A DNA stretch of 64,000 bases from Acidobacteriota bacterium (GCA_005799825.1 SYFT01000006.1:52130-116129), one strand, 5' to 3'. Shown: positions 44,236 to 54,098, numbered from the stretch's first letter. A program made the numbers and translations. The notes: generated by a model from the sequence alone, not told the origin.

Positions 44236-47200
44236 CTACCGAGCCGGAAGTGCAAGTGCGCGAGCGAGGAGGATGGCATCAAGCTCTCCAGAGACGGGCA
44301 TCTGTCCCAACGACTGTCGCGCGGCCACGGCGAGCCCGTCGATTGGGATGCCGCCGCCGGCGCCGGTGGCGGCGATGACGGCCTCGAAGTGCGCCTGCGC
44401 TTGAGCGGGCCGGCCCTGTCGTTGCGCAACACGACCGAGCAAGAACCTGATCAGCCGCTCCTCGGGGTCGTAGGGCTTGCCCTGGCCGAGGCGCTCGGGC
44501 CACTCGAGGCCCGCGGTCAGATGCGTGACAGCCTGTGCCCATCGACCTGCGTTGTAGTTGACCAACGCAGCAAGCACATGCGCCTGCACGTACATCTGAT
44601 GGGTTTCGCGCGAGTGCTCGGAGGGCAACACTCTAGTGACGCTCAGCACCGCGAGCGCCTCCATCGGCCGTTCGAGGTGCAGCAGCGCGCGCACATGGAG
44701 CAGGTCCAGGTTGAAGTCTTCTGGAAATTGCTGCCGGGCCCGAGCGGAAACCGCCAGCGCCTCCGCCCACCTGGCCTGCTTCTGGTAGTGCTGAATCAGG
44801 GGGATCCGAACGGTGCGATCGGTCCCAGCCAACGTCTCGGCGCGTTTGAGGTCGGGTTCTGGATCCCCGCCGGCCTTCTCAACAAGGTGTGCCCGGGAAA
44901 CATAGAACGCAGCCACATCAGGGGTGTTGCCCAGTGGCGTCAGCAGTTGTGCGGCTTCCGGCAGCCGGTCGAACGCCCACAGATTAAGCGCCCGCAGATA
45001 GATCCAGCTCCAATGATTGTTCTGTTGCGCCGCCCATCCGAGGACGGGCAGCGTCTCAAGCCGGTACGGAAACACCAACGAGACATCCGCGGAACCGAGG
45101 GCCGCCGCGTCCTTCTTGAGATAGGTTAGCCAGGCGCGCAGCAATGGGTTTTTCATATGCGCCGTGGCCACTTCGAGGAGGGTGATGGCATCAGCCGCCT
45201 GGCCACGGTTCGCATACCCGATGGCCAACTCAAGCACCGACTGGTCAGGAAACTCGCTGCGTAAACCGTTCAGGAACGCCGCAGAAGTGGCCGCACCAGG
45301 CATGGACAGAAAGGCTTCCGCCCGCACGAAGTGGTGCAGGGGATCGAACTCGATCAACTGGGCAGACGCCGTGGAGGCCTGCGCGGCGTTGCCCGTTTTG
45401 CGACCCACAAGCGCGAGGATCTGCCAGGCGGACAAATTCAGCCGGTTGTAGTCGATCGCGATGCGCGCGTACCGATCGGCCTCGCTCATGTCGCCACGAA
45501 CCAGAGCCAGTTCGGCCAGTTGCACATTCGCGGCCGATCGGTAGGCCAGCGCACGTGCGGCCCAGCCAAACGCGTCGCGGGCATCCGCGGTCTTGCCGAT
45601 CGCGCGATACAGATTGCCCGCGACGAAGTTCGCCTCGGCGTCGTACGCGTCGAGACGCAAGGCCCGAACCACGTGTGCAAGGCCGGCATCGAACCGCGCG
45701 CGCCGATACTCGAGGTCGCCCATGGCAAGCAGGGCGCCGCGATGCCAGGGACTTTTTACCAGCGCCTCGTCGAGCATCGGCCTCGCCTGCTCGTACCGTC
45801 TACCTTGAATGAGTTCCTTGGCCTCACAGACTAACCTGTCGGCGTCAGGGATGGACGCCTCAGCGGCGGCTTCCATCTCGAACGGGCGCGCCAGCGTCCG
45901 TGCAGCCGGATCCGACGAATAATCGACGCCGAGGCCCCGCAGTTCCACGCGATACGACGTGCCCGTCGCATGGGGCACGGTCGTCGTGAACGGCTCGAGC
46001 GGCGCCAGTGTCACCGGTTGTTCCAGCACCAACTTGCCACCCGACCACGCGCGCAGTGTATCGGAGGCCTGTCCAAACGCATTCACGCCGATCTGTAACT
46101 GGCCGCCGGCCTCTCGTACAAACATCGCAGCCTCTCGCGAGGCATCCGTCAATCCGCCAAGGCCCTCAAGCGGAAACCAAGTCTCCGTCCACTGGTCCGT
46201 CGCAAAGGGATCAAAACCCGCCTGCGTGATGGGATTGACGTGCGCATCCGGGGCGAACTGCACCAGCAGTCGTCCGGCCTGGTACTCCACATATTGGCCG
46301 TCGGTGTCGGTCAGTAGGTCTTCCCAGATGCCGCCGGCGCGCGAAAGCGCCCACAGCCACAACTTCTGCCCGGGCATCTCTTCGTGCCTGGCCCAGTGGC
46401 CGAACCCGTACCCGGCGTCGCGATAATAGCCGCCGAAGAAGTCCTTGAGTTCACCGACCACGTGAAAGGACTTGTTGGACCCGAAGGTGTTGTTCTTGTA
46501 GACCGGCAGGAACCGGTCCTGCCCATCGCGTGGCCACGATTCTCGCGCGCCTGGATGCGTCAGATACGCGTTACCGGGGATGGACATCTCCAGGTCGTCC
46601 TTCGCGAACGCCGCGGCCGTCATCCAGTTGTAATATGGCTGCTCGATCGCCGTCCCGTTGTGCCATAACACGTTTGTTTCAAACGACGCTCTGTCGGACG
46701 GCAGCCGGATCTCCACCCGCCATTCCGTACGTGAGGACAAGTCCATCGTGCCGACGATGCAGCTCACGCTGCCGTCGGGGTTTTGCCTGAGCACATAGTC
46801 GACGGGCGTGGCCGTGGAGGGCGTGTGGCCAATGACGCCGAAGTTGAACTCGATGCCACCCGAAGTCCAAGGTCCGCGCAGGGCGATGTTGCGGAACTTG
46901 ACGACCTCGTTTCGATAAATGAATTCGTGTCCGGTCTTTTTCACGCGCGCGCCCCAGACCTTGCCGCCGATCTCGGGCAGCACAAAGACCTCGATCAGAT
47001 CATTCTCGAGCGTCACGACCTTCCACTCACGCGGCGTGCCTTCGTGTTCATACCCTTCGAACGCGTGGTACGGATACAGCCTGGTGTCCTTCGTGAGAAT
47101 CGGCACCGGGTTAGGTTCGGAGAAGGCGTATGTCTTGAGAGTCTGCAGGCCTTCCGAGATTCGAGCTGCTTTGACGTTCTGTCCGGTGTGAACGGGTGCG

Positions 47201-47247
47201 GCTGCACACACCGAGGCAAAGGTGACGAGTACCCATCGACGGACCAT
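44236..47247 (-). CDS. DUF5107-domain protein fused to TPR repeats
   Basis: 1003 aa. The N-terminal ~400 aa match my memory of DUF5107 (YAFSEPNPVPIL...RLYPYHAFEGY...WKVVTLENDLIEVFVLPEIGGKVWGA...GPWTSGGIEFNFG). The C-terminal half is TPR-like. Confidence 0.7.
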   Translation of the reverse strand: MVRRWVLVTFASVCAAAPVHTGQNVKAARISEGLQTLKTYAFSEPNPVPILTKDTRLYPYHAFEGYEHEGTPREWKVVTLENDLIEVFVLPEIGGKVWGARVKKTGHEFIYRNEVVKFRNIALRGPWTSGGIEFNFGVIGHTPSTATPVDYVLRQNPDGSVSCIVGTMDLSSRTEWRVEIRLPSDRASFETNVLWHNGTAIEQPYYNWMTAAAFAKDDLEMSIPGNAYLTHPGARESWPRDGQDRFLPVYKNNTFGSNKSFHVVGELKDFFGGYYRDAGYGFGHWARHEEMPGQKLWLWALSRAGGIWEDLLTDTDGQYVEYQAGRLLVQFAPDAHVNPITQAGFDPFATDQWTETWFPLEGLGGLTDASREAAMFVREAGGQLQIGVNAFGQASDTLRAWSGGKLVLEQPVTLAPLEPFTTTVPHATGTSYRVELRGLGVDYSSDPAARTLARPFEMEAAAEASIPDADRLVCEAKELIQGRRYEQARPMLDEALVKSPWHRGALLAMGDLEYRRARFDAGLAHVVRALRLDAYDAEANFVAGNLYRAIGKTADARDAFGWAARALAYRSAANVQLAELALVRGDMSEADRYARIAIDYNRLNLSAWQILALVGRKTGNAAQASTASAQLIEFDPLHHFVRAEAFLSMPGAATSAAFLNGLRSEFPDQSVLELAIGYANRGQAADAITLLEVATAHMKNPLLRAWLTYLKKDAAALGSADVSLVFPYRLETLPVLGWAAQQNNHWSWIYLRALNLWAFDRLPEAAQLLTPLGNTPDVAAFYVSRAHLVEKAGGDPEPDLKRAETLAGTDRTVRIPLIQHYQKQARWAEALAVSARARQQFPEDFNLDLLHVRALLHLERPMEALAVLSVTRVLPSEHSRETHQMYVQAHVLAALVNYNAGRWAQAVTHLTAGLEWPERLGQGKPYDPEERLIRFLLGRVAQRQGRPAQAQAHFEAVIAATGAGGGIPIDGLAVAARQSLGQMPVSGELDAILLARALALPAR

Positions 47248-47439
47248 GCCGGGTATCTTACTCCCAGCCTGTTTAGGTGCCCCTAGGTGCCGGCGCTAAG
47301 CGACGCGTAACAGTCCACCGCACGGAACAACTTGGCTTCGGTCTCGGTCATCAGCAGCGGCGCGGCGGTTGGGCTCGTCGCGCACAAGAATCGCCGGAAT
47401 CGGCGCGGTCGGCAACTTGAGCTCCTGCGGCCAGCCCGC

Positions 47440-47646
47440 GCGCCCCTAAAACGCTGCTCGCACATCGTCGCGTTCCGCCTTGGCTTCCACCTGAACGGAA
47501 ACAGTCATGCGGACGAAACCGCGCCGGGATCCAGGTTTGGCCTGGCAATCGTGCGCGACCTCGCCGAAGTCTCTGGTGGGGGCATCAGGCTCAGCCGGTC
47601 GCACCTGGGCGGGTTGCGGGCCAAGCTCACGCTCCCAGCGGCGTGA
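47440..47646 (+). pseudogene. C-terminal remnant of a sensor histidine kinase (HATPase_c G2-box region only)
   Basis: The tail of ORF 47332..47646 reads ...GSRFGLAIVRDLAEVSGGGIRLSRSHLGGLRAKLTLPAA, resembling GSGLGLAIV...GG.I.L.S..GG....L.LP. No HisKA, N-box or G1-box is found upstream in any frame. Confidence 0.4.
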
Positions 47647-47668
47647 GCGGCGCCCGACGAAATACGGA

Positions 47669-48055
47669 CTACTTGACGGTGAACTGGAAGGTCCCGGTCA
47701 GGATGTGGCCGTCGGCGCCAGACGTCCTCCAACTGACCGTGTACACACCCGGCGCCACCGTCCCGACAACGGGTGCGACGACAGAGTTGTCGGCCTTGCC
47801 TTCGGCCATCCCCGGGGCGACCTTGCCGAGTTCGATCTTGCCGGCAGGCCCCTCAAGGACCAGACCGCTCACCGCGACGATGGGGGCCTGTGAAAACCAC
47901 ACCTGAATCCGCGCGGGCGCCGTGGCCACGGTGGCGTCTGAAACCGGAAACGTCTTGTCCACTTTCAAATGGGCAGAGACCACCGCCACACAGGCGAAGA
48001 GGATGACCATGAGTGGCCGAGGGGACTGCAACTGCGACCGAGACATTTGCCTCAT
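47669..48055 (-). CDS. copC: CopC-domain periplasmic copper-binding protein
   Basis: I prefer the ATG at 48055 (MRQMSRSQLQSPRPLMVILFACVAVVSA, then HLKVDKTFP...). His is the first mature residue. It also has PGVYTVSWRTSGADGHILTGTFQFTV. Confidence 0.8.
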   Translation of the reverse strand: MRQMSRSQLQSPRPLMVILFACVAVVSAHLKVDKTFPVSDATVATAPARIQVWFSQAPIVAVSGLVLEGPAGKIELGKVAPGMAEGKADNSVVAPVVGTVAPGVYTVSWRTSGADGHILTGTFQFTVK

Positions 48056-48235
48056 CGTAGCAGGCTCTGCGCCGGGCTTAAAAACTGACCGAGCCATGAC
48101 ATGACAACAGCCAGCGCCTCCTCTTGCTGGCGCTCGCGACTGATCCAGGCACCATCAGGTCGCCGGTGACCCACACAAGGCGGATGCGGCAATGCCACAC
48201 CTTCAGGCGCGCCCGTCGGCTTTCAGCCACACCGG

Positions 48236-49819
48236 TCATGCGCGCGCAATCGCGTCGGCGGACCTGAGCGCGAGGGCGACGAACGTCAACGTGCCGTTCG
48301 TGCAGCCGCCGGTGGGGAGCGTTGGTGAGCCCACCACGAACAGATTCTCGTGATCGTGCGCGCGGCCGTGTGAATCCACCACGCTCGTGGCCGGGTCGGC
48401 GCCCATGCGACACCCACCGGCGGGATGATCCTGGTACGACAAACCGCTGACGTTGCCCATCCGCCCATCATTAGCCGTCGCCATGGTCGCAAAGACCTGT
48501 TCGAGGTGAATACGAGTGGCCGCCTGGCGGGCTTCCGAAGCCGAATCAATCTTGTGGCGCACGACGGGCAGCGGATCGCCCCACCGGTTCTTCGCCGTCG
48601 GGCTCAGCGTCAGGCGACTGTCGGGGTCCGGATGCACATCAAAGTAGCCGCGGACACGGGCAGTGCCGCGTGTGGTGCGCGTCCGCCAGTCGTCGAGAAG
48701 CGCATCGCCAAGCAGCAGCGATCCATCGGCCGCGCGTAACCTCGGTGTGCGACCGCCGCCGTTCTCCCACACGCGCAGATCGTGACGCACATAGGGCGTG
48801 TTTGGGGCACAGCGGAAGTACTTCCGCGAGATGAGGCTGTGTTGCTCATTCATCCCCGGATAGATCTTCAAGTCCGCATCGACCGTCGTCTGGTACGCGA
48901 GATGGCCGGTCATGTAGCGGCCGACATGGTCTGACCGGTTCGCCAGACCAGTCGGGAAACGACTGTTGGCCGACAGGAGCAGCAGGTGCGGGCTCCACGT
49001 GTAACCCGACGCCAGCACAAAGATGCGCGCGCGGTACTCGTCGGTGCCGCCCGTGCCATCCTGCTTCGCGGCATGCGCCACGGCGATGCGTGACGAGCGC
49101 TCGTCCAGATCGAGTTTGCGCACCAGAGTGTTGTCGTGCAGCTGAATGCGCTTCGCGGCCAGTAGTTGCTTGAACGTGTAGTCGGGCGAATACCGCGCGC
49201 CGGTCGGGCAGATTTCGCAGGTATTGCAGCGCAGGCAGATGCTGCGTCCGCCGTAGCCGTTGACGGTGTTCTTGGCCTGGGGCGTCGTCCAGAACGGCGT
49301 GCCGCTTTTGTCGGCCCAGGCCTTCAACTGGATCAGGTTAAAGGACATGTTCATGGGCGCCATCGGATACGGCTCGGACCGCGCGTCTTCCTTGAGCGGG
49401 CCGGGTTCGCCCGACACACCGAGGCGGCGCTCGGCCTCGCAGTAGTACTTCTCGAGTTCGGTCCAGGTGATTGGCCAGTCAACGGCGAGTCCGTACATCG
49501 ACTTCAGCCGCGTGTCTTCTTCCGAGAATCTGTTGCAGACGCCGCCCCAGTGCAGAGCCGACCCACCGACCGCCATCGTGCGCGAGATGATGCCGTCGGC
49601 GCTCTGGTCGGCCACGTAGTCGCCGGGCCACTGATTCTCGCCGTAGTCGAGGCTGCGCTTGCGGTAGTCCGCACGGTTCTCGACATCAAACAGGGACTTG
49701 CCAGCTTCGACGACGATCATGGAGAGGTTGGGACGAAGGGTGGCGAGTTTCTCCGCAACCATCGCGGCCGTGATGCCGCCGCCGATAATGCACACATCAC
49801 TTTCGTGGACGGCCATCAC
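48236..49819 (-). CDS. GMC-family FAD oxidoreductase (gluconate 2-dehydrogenase flavoprotein-like)
   Basis: 527 aa with DVCIIGGGITAAMVAEKL, the C-terminal GMC motif HPAGGCRMG and NLFVVGSPTLPT. Confidence 0.85.
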   Translation of the reverse strand: MMAVHESDVCIIGGGITAAMVAEKLATLRPNLSMIVVEAGKSLFDVENRADYRKRSLDYGENQWPGDYVADQSADGIISRTMAVGGSALHWGGVCNRFSEEDTRLKSMYGLAVDWPITWTELEKYYCEAERRLGVSGEPGPLKEDARSEPYPMAPMNMSFNLIQLKAWADKSGTPFWTTPQAKNTVNGYGGRSICLRCNTCEICPTGARYSPDYTFKQLLAAKRIQLHDNTLVRKLDLDERSSRIAVAHAAKQDGTGGTDEYRARIFVLASGYTWSPHLLLLSANSRFPTGLANRSDHVGRYMTGHLAYQTTVDADLKIYPGMNEQHSLISRKYFRCAPNTPYVRHDLRVWENGGGRTPRLRAADGSLLLGDALLDDWRTRTTRGTARVRGYFDVHPDPDSRLTLSPTAKNRWGDPLPVVRHKIDSASEARQAATRIHLEQVFATMATANDGRMGNVSGLSYQDHPAGGCRMGADPATSVVDSHGRAHDHENLFVVGSPTLPTGGCTNGTLTFVALALRSADAIARA

Positions 49820-50421
49820 CGGCCTCCCTGTCGCGCGGGCCAGGGTGCCGGCGCACTCTCCGAACCGGCAAGGCCGCGGCAGTCTTCACGGTTGATGGCC
49901 GCGCGGTACGCCAGGTTGTAACCCACCGGCCCGTGGAAGAAGTGCCCCATGAAGTCGGCCACCACATGCACGCCGGACGGCCGCGCCGGCAACTGGGTGA
50001 CGCGTTGCGGCGTCGTCAATAAGGCCTCGACGATCGCGCGCCGAGGCGCGGCTGCAAGTGCAGCCAGCGATTCAGCGCCACCGGCCCGCGCGGCGGCTTC
50101 AAGCGCGGCTAGTTGCGCGGGGTAGGTTGCTGTTGGCGGTGGTCCGGTCGTTCTGAGCCTGGGCGAACCATATCCGGGCCCGATCTCTGCGCCCTCGCGG
50201 TAGTTCGCCACCCACTCCGCGAACTGGGTGACGGCTTCGCCACGCTCCTCGGTCGTCAGCGCCGATGGCAGCGCCACATCGGCGACGGCGCGAAGAGTCG
50301 CGAGGTGGCCGGACGTCAGGACCGTCGCCTGCGAGCGGCCCAGTGCCAGCGCCTTGATCGAAGACAACGGCCATGCGGCCACCAGCGCGGCTGCCCAGCG
50401 AAGCAGGAGGCGTCGTGTCAT
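49816..50421 (-). CDS. Tat-signal small subunit (gluconate 2-dehydrogenase subunit 3-like)
   Basis: 201 aa starting MTRRLLLRWAAALVAAWPL. It has 4-nt ATGA overlaps with both neighbours. Confidence 0.65.
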   Translation of the reverse strand: MTRRLLLRWAAALVAAWPLSSIKALALGRSQATVLTSGHLATLRAVADVALPSALTTEERGEAVTQFAEWVANYREGAEIGPGYGSPRLRTTGPPPTATYPAQLAALEAAARAGGAESLAALAAAPRRAIVEALLTTPQRVTQLPARPSGVHVVADFMGHFFHGPVGYNLAYRAAINREDCRGLAGSESAPAPWPARQGGR

Positions 50422-51050
50422 TGTGGCGGCTCCTCATAGCGGTCAATCCGCAGGTACGGGATCTCGCGGAACGGCGGCAGTCCCGCGGCCGCCGCAATTT
50501 CCTCAAGACCCGCGCGTTCGTGAAATTCTTTTCGGTCGCGGTCGATGACGACGGTGTTGGGATACAGCGGCGCCAGGCGCCGGAACTCCGCGTCGATCAA
50601 TTTGAAACGACTGACGGTCTCTTCAACATTCTCGAACTCGCGTTTGCGCAGCCGGATGTGTTTTTCGATGGTGTCGGTGCTCGATGTCAGCACGATGGTG
50701 ATATCGGGGTTCCAGTGATCGCCCACGACGAGCACGTCTCGCAGCGCGGAATGATACCGGGCCGGGTACTCGGCGATGTGCGCCTCGAGCGTGATCCGGG
50801 CGCCCTCAAAAAACACCACGGACCCCGGCCGCTCGTGAGCGGCGGCGTCGCGGTAGTTCGCGTCGTAGATCCAGCCGAAGTACGCGGTCACGCCCACCGG
50901 GTTCAGCCCGGCTTCGATGTCGGCCAGCACCTCGGGCGCCCAGACGCCCTTTTCACCTTCGCCATATGACCCGTGGTGATAAAGGTCGCCCAATTGTCGA
51001 ACCAGGGTGCTCTTGCCCACTCCGGGCCCGCCGACGATCGCCACGCGCAT
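50418..51050 (-). CDS. P-loop NTPase, deoxynucleoside-kinase / NMP-kinase-like fold, family not recognised
   Basis: I prefer the ATG at 51050 (MRVAIVGGPGVGKSTLVRQL). The TTG-started upstream extension in the ORF track is Cys/Trp-rich and overlaps the MFS gene. A LID-like PDITIVLTSSTDTIEKHIRLRKREFE segment is present. Confidence 0.6.
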   Translation of the reverse strand: MRVAIVGGPGVGKSTLVRQLGDLYHHGSYGEGEKGVWAPEVLADIEAGLNPVGVTAYFGWIYDANYRDAAAHERPGSVVFFEGARITLEAHIAEYPARYHSALRDVLVVGDHWNPDITIVLTSSTDTIEKHIRLRKREFENVEETVSRFKLIDAEFRRLAPLYPNTVVIDRDRKEFHERAGLEEIAAAAGLPPFREIPYLRIDRYEEPPQ

Positions 51051-51063
51051 GAGGCGAATCGTA

Positions 51064-52275
51064 TCAGCCCTGAGCGGGATGCGAAGTGCCCAGTCGAAGG
51101 GTCTCTCTGTCGGGAAGCAGAAACCCAAGCAAGCCAATGAGCGGCAGAAATGCGCACACCCGATACACAAACGCGATGCTGGTGACGTCGGCCAGCCACC
51201 CGAGGACGCCTGCTCCGGCCCCAGCCACCCCGAATGCAAATCCAAAGAAGAGTCCCGACACCAGCCCCACCCGATGCGGCACCAGTTCCTGCGCAAACAC
51301 CAGGATGGCTGAGAACGCAGATGACAACACCAGCCCAATCACCACGCTCAGCACCGTCGTCCAGAACAGATCGGCGTAGGGCAATATCAGCGCGAACGGC
51401 AGGATGCCGACGATGGAGATGAGGATGACGGGTTTGCGGCCGATGCGGTCGCCCACCGGGCCGCCGATAAAGGTGCCTGCCGCGACGGCGCCGAGAAAGG
51501 CGAAGAGGTGCACCTGCGCCTGTTGCACGGACACGCCGAAGCGGTCGATCAGGAAAAACATGAAGAAGCTGACGAAGCTCGAGACGTAGACGTACTTTGA
51601 GAAGACCAGCGCCAGGAGGATGGCCAGCAATCGCTGCACCGTCGCGCGCGGCAGTTGATGCAGCGGGCGCAGGTGCCCGGCGGCGCGGCGCCGTTCCTGG
51701 CCGGTCGTCCAGTACCAACAGCCGATGCGCCACAGGATCAGAATCGCGAACAGTGCCACCAACGAGAACCAGGCCACGCTGCCCTGTCCGCGTGGCAACA
51801 CGAAGAAGGCCGCGAGAAGCGGTCCAAGGGACGTGCCGAAATTGCCGCCCGTTTGAAACAGTGATTGGGCCAGGCCGTGTTTGCCGCCTGAGGCCAGTCG
51901 CGCGATACGCGACGACTCCGGGTGGAAGATCGACGACCCGATTCCCACAAGCGCGGCCGCGGCCAGCAGCCATTCATAGGAGTTGGCGGACGCCAGCAGG
52001 AGGAGTCCGGCCAGCGTGAAGCCCATGCCCACCGGCAATGAATACGGATGTGGCCGCGAGTCGGTGTAGTGACCGACCAGCGGCTGCAGGAGCGATGACG
52101 TGACCTGATTAGTCAACGTGATCATCCCGATCTGCCAGAAGTCGAGTGAGTAGGTGCCCTTGAGCAGCGGATACAACGCCGGCAGCAACGACTGAAGCAA
52201 GTCATTCAGCAGATGGCACACACTGAGGGCGATCAGAACCGGCAGTGCCGGGCGGGGCGGCGTGGTGCCTGGCAT
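51064..52275 (-). CDS. MFS transporter, Fsr (fosmidomycin-resistance)-like subfamily
   Basis: I prefer the ATG at 52275 (MPGTTPPRPALPVLIALSVCHLLNDLLQSLLPALYPLLK...LLQPLVGHYTDSRP). The ORF-track extension to 52677 overlaps the EVE gene in another frame. Confidence 0.8.
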   Translation of the reverse strand: MPGTTPPRPALPVLIALSVCHLLNDLLQSLLPALYPLLKGTYSLDFWQIGMITLTNQVTSSLLQPLVGHYTDSRPHPYSLPVGMGFTLAGLLLLASANSYEWLLAAAALVGIGSSIFHPESSRIARLASGGKHGLAQSLFQTGGNFGTSLGPLLAAFFVLPRGQGSVAWFSLVALFAILILWRIGCWYWTTGQERRRAAGHLRPLHQLPRATVQRLLAILLALVFSKYVYVSSFVSFFMFFLIDRFGVSVQQAQVHLFAFLGAVAAGTFIGGPVGDRIGRKPVILISIVGILPFALILPYADLFWTTVLSVVIGLVLSSAFSAILVFAQELVPHRVGLVSGLFFGFAFGVAGAGAGVLGWLADVTSIAFVYRVCAFLPLIGLLGFLLPDRETLRLGTSHPAQG

Positions 52276-52757
52276 CAGCGCGTTGCGGATTTCAGCTTCC
52301 GGCCGAGGCGTACGACGATGTTGTATTCGCCTTTTGTGGCGGGCTGCACCGAGAGGCGGCTGCCCTTCTGGATCACTTTCATGTCTTCGAGGCCCGGCGT
52401 GGCCTTCAGCGTTCCGAGCGGCACCGTGCCGGCAAACTCTTCTTCGAAGGCAAGGTCCACCATGAACCAGAGGGGCTTTGCTTGTGTACTTGCGGCGTCG
52501 AAGTACTTGTGGCCCTTCTTCCAGGACAGGTGATCGGGATACCCGGCGCGGGCGATGGTGGCGAGGCCGGTGACGCCTGACGGATCGGCGTTGGACGCGT
52601 AGAAGAGGACTGCGTCGCCCTCCTGCATCTGATCGCGCATGAAGTTGCGCGCCTGATAGTTGCGTACGCCTTCCCAACTCGTGCGGCCATCCCTTTTGAG
52701 ATCCGCGATGGTATACGCGGCGGGCTCACACTTCATCAGCCAATATTTCTTCGCCAT
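52275..52757 (-). CDS. EVE-domain (PUA-like) protein
   Basis: 160 aa: MAKKYWLMKCEPAAYTIADLKRDGRTSWEGVRNYQARNFMRDQMQEGDAVLFYASN... Its stop shares one base with the MFS start (TGATG). Confidence 0.8.
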   Translation of the reverse strand: MAKKYWLMKCEPAAYTIADLKRDGRTSWEGVRNYQARNFMRDQMQEGDAVLFYASNADPSGVTGLATIARAGYPDHLSWKKGHKYFDAASTQAKPLWFMVDLAFEEEFAGTVPLGTLKATPGLEDMKVIQKGSRLSVQPATKGEYNIVVRLGRKLKSATR

Positions 52758-52784
52758 CGGGAAAGGATACCAGCGTCGGCTGGT

Positions 52785-54098
52785 TTATCGTCGCGACCGG
52801 GCCACGTACAACAAAGAGCCGACGGCCACACACGCTCCGAACGCGCGCCACTCCTTATAAGCGAGGCCGGTCAACAGCCACGCGATGATGAGGCAGGTGA
52901 CCCATGGCAGGACTGTGGCGAACGGGACGCGGAAAGGCGTCTGGCCTTCGGTGGTGATGCCGGACGAGCGGAGCTTCCACGACGCCAGCGCGCAACCCAG
53001 ATAGAGCGCGAGCGCGGACACGTTGGCGAGCAGCGCCAGTCGTTCAAACGTCCCCGACAGGGCCAACATCAGCGTGATCGCGGACTGGGCGATGACCGAG
53101 GCCGGTGGTGAATGAAATCGCGGGTGGACTGCGGTGAACATCCGCGGCAGGAAGCCATCGCGCGCGAAGGCAAAGACCATACGCGGCATTGAGAAGGTCA
53201 TGCCGCCCAGATACCCGAACATCGATACCGACGCGCCAACAAGCAGCAGCGTACGAGCCCAGCCGCCCAGTGAGGCGTTCGCCGCGTCGGCCAGCGGCGA
53301 CGCGGTCGCCTGTACCAATCCGGGCCCCAGAATGCCCTGCGAGACGATCTGCAGCAGCAGATACAACGTGGTAATGCCGATCATCGCCAGAGCGATGGCC
53401 CGTGGCACCGTGCGCGCGGTGTCACGCACTTCGCCGCTCGGCACCAGGGCGACCTCGACGCCGGCGAACGCGAAGATCAACAGCAACGACGTGCGCGCCA
53501 CGTCCGCCGCGGCCGGCGCGGCCGTCCACGTAAGATTGTCGGTGTTGATGAAGAAGAGTCCGGCCACGGCCAGCAGCACGAGCGGCACCAGCTTCGCAGC
53601 GGTCGCCACACCGTTCAAGCGCGCCGCCAGGCCCACGCCGCGGACATTGATGAACGTCCAGAACGCGAAGGCACCCACCAGCACCGCAGCATTCATTGCC
53701 TGGCTGCTCGCCGCAGGCACAAGGAGGCCAATGCTGCCGGCGAACACTGTGGACACCGCCGCACTGGCGAATGTGCCGAGCATCCATAACAGGAGCCCCG
53801 TGATGAAGCCGGCGTACGGGCCGAAGGCGGTGCCGACGTAGGCATACGGCCCACCAGTGAGCGACACGCGGCTGCCGGCATCGGCGATGCACAGAACGAT
53901 CAGCCCCATCGCGACGGCGCACACGAGATAGGCCACCGGCGCGGCCGCGCCGAGTGAACCCGCCACGTTGGCCGGCAGCCGAAAGATGCCACCGCCAATC
54001 GTGATGTTCACGATGGCGGCCGCGAGGCCAAACGTGCCCATGACACGAACGAGCCCCTCAGTGGGGCTGTGGGGAGCAGCAGAACGCGATGGAGCCAT
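52785..54098 (-). CDS. APC-superfamily amino-acid permease
   Basis: 437 aa and about 12 TM, with FGLAAAIVNITIGGGIFRLPANVA. Confidence 0.8.
   Translation of the reverse strand: MAPSRSAAPHSPTEGLVRVMGTFGLAAAIVNITIGGGIFRLPANVAGSLGAAAPVAYLVCAVAMGLIVLCIADAGSRVSLTGGPYAYVGTAFGPYAGFITGLLLWMLGTFASAAVSTVFAGSIGLLVPAASSQAMNAAVLVGAFAFWTFINVRGVGLAARLNGVATAAKLVPLVLLAVAGLFFINTDNLTWTAAPAAADVARTSLLLIFAFAGVEVALVPSGEVRDTARTVPRAIALAMIGITTLYLLLQIVSQGILGPGLVQATASPLADAANASLGGWARTLLLVGASVSMFGYLGGMTFSMPRMVFAFARDGFLPRMFTAVHPRFHSPPASVIAQSAITLMLALSGTFERLALLANVSALALYLGCALASWKLRSSGITTEGQTPFRVPFATVLPWVTCLIIAWLLTGLAYKEWRAFGACVAVGSLLYVARSRR

Noticed and set aside
50418-52677. The upstream extensions of ORFs 50418..51338 and 51064..52677 in the track, which would make the P-loop and MFS genes overlap their neighbours by hundreds of bases.
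   Set aside because: The extended parts are Cys/Trp/Arg-rich junk. The internal ATGs at 51050 and 52275 give canonical N-termini (a Walker A strand and the first MFS helix) and fit the overlap pattern of the operon.
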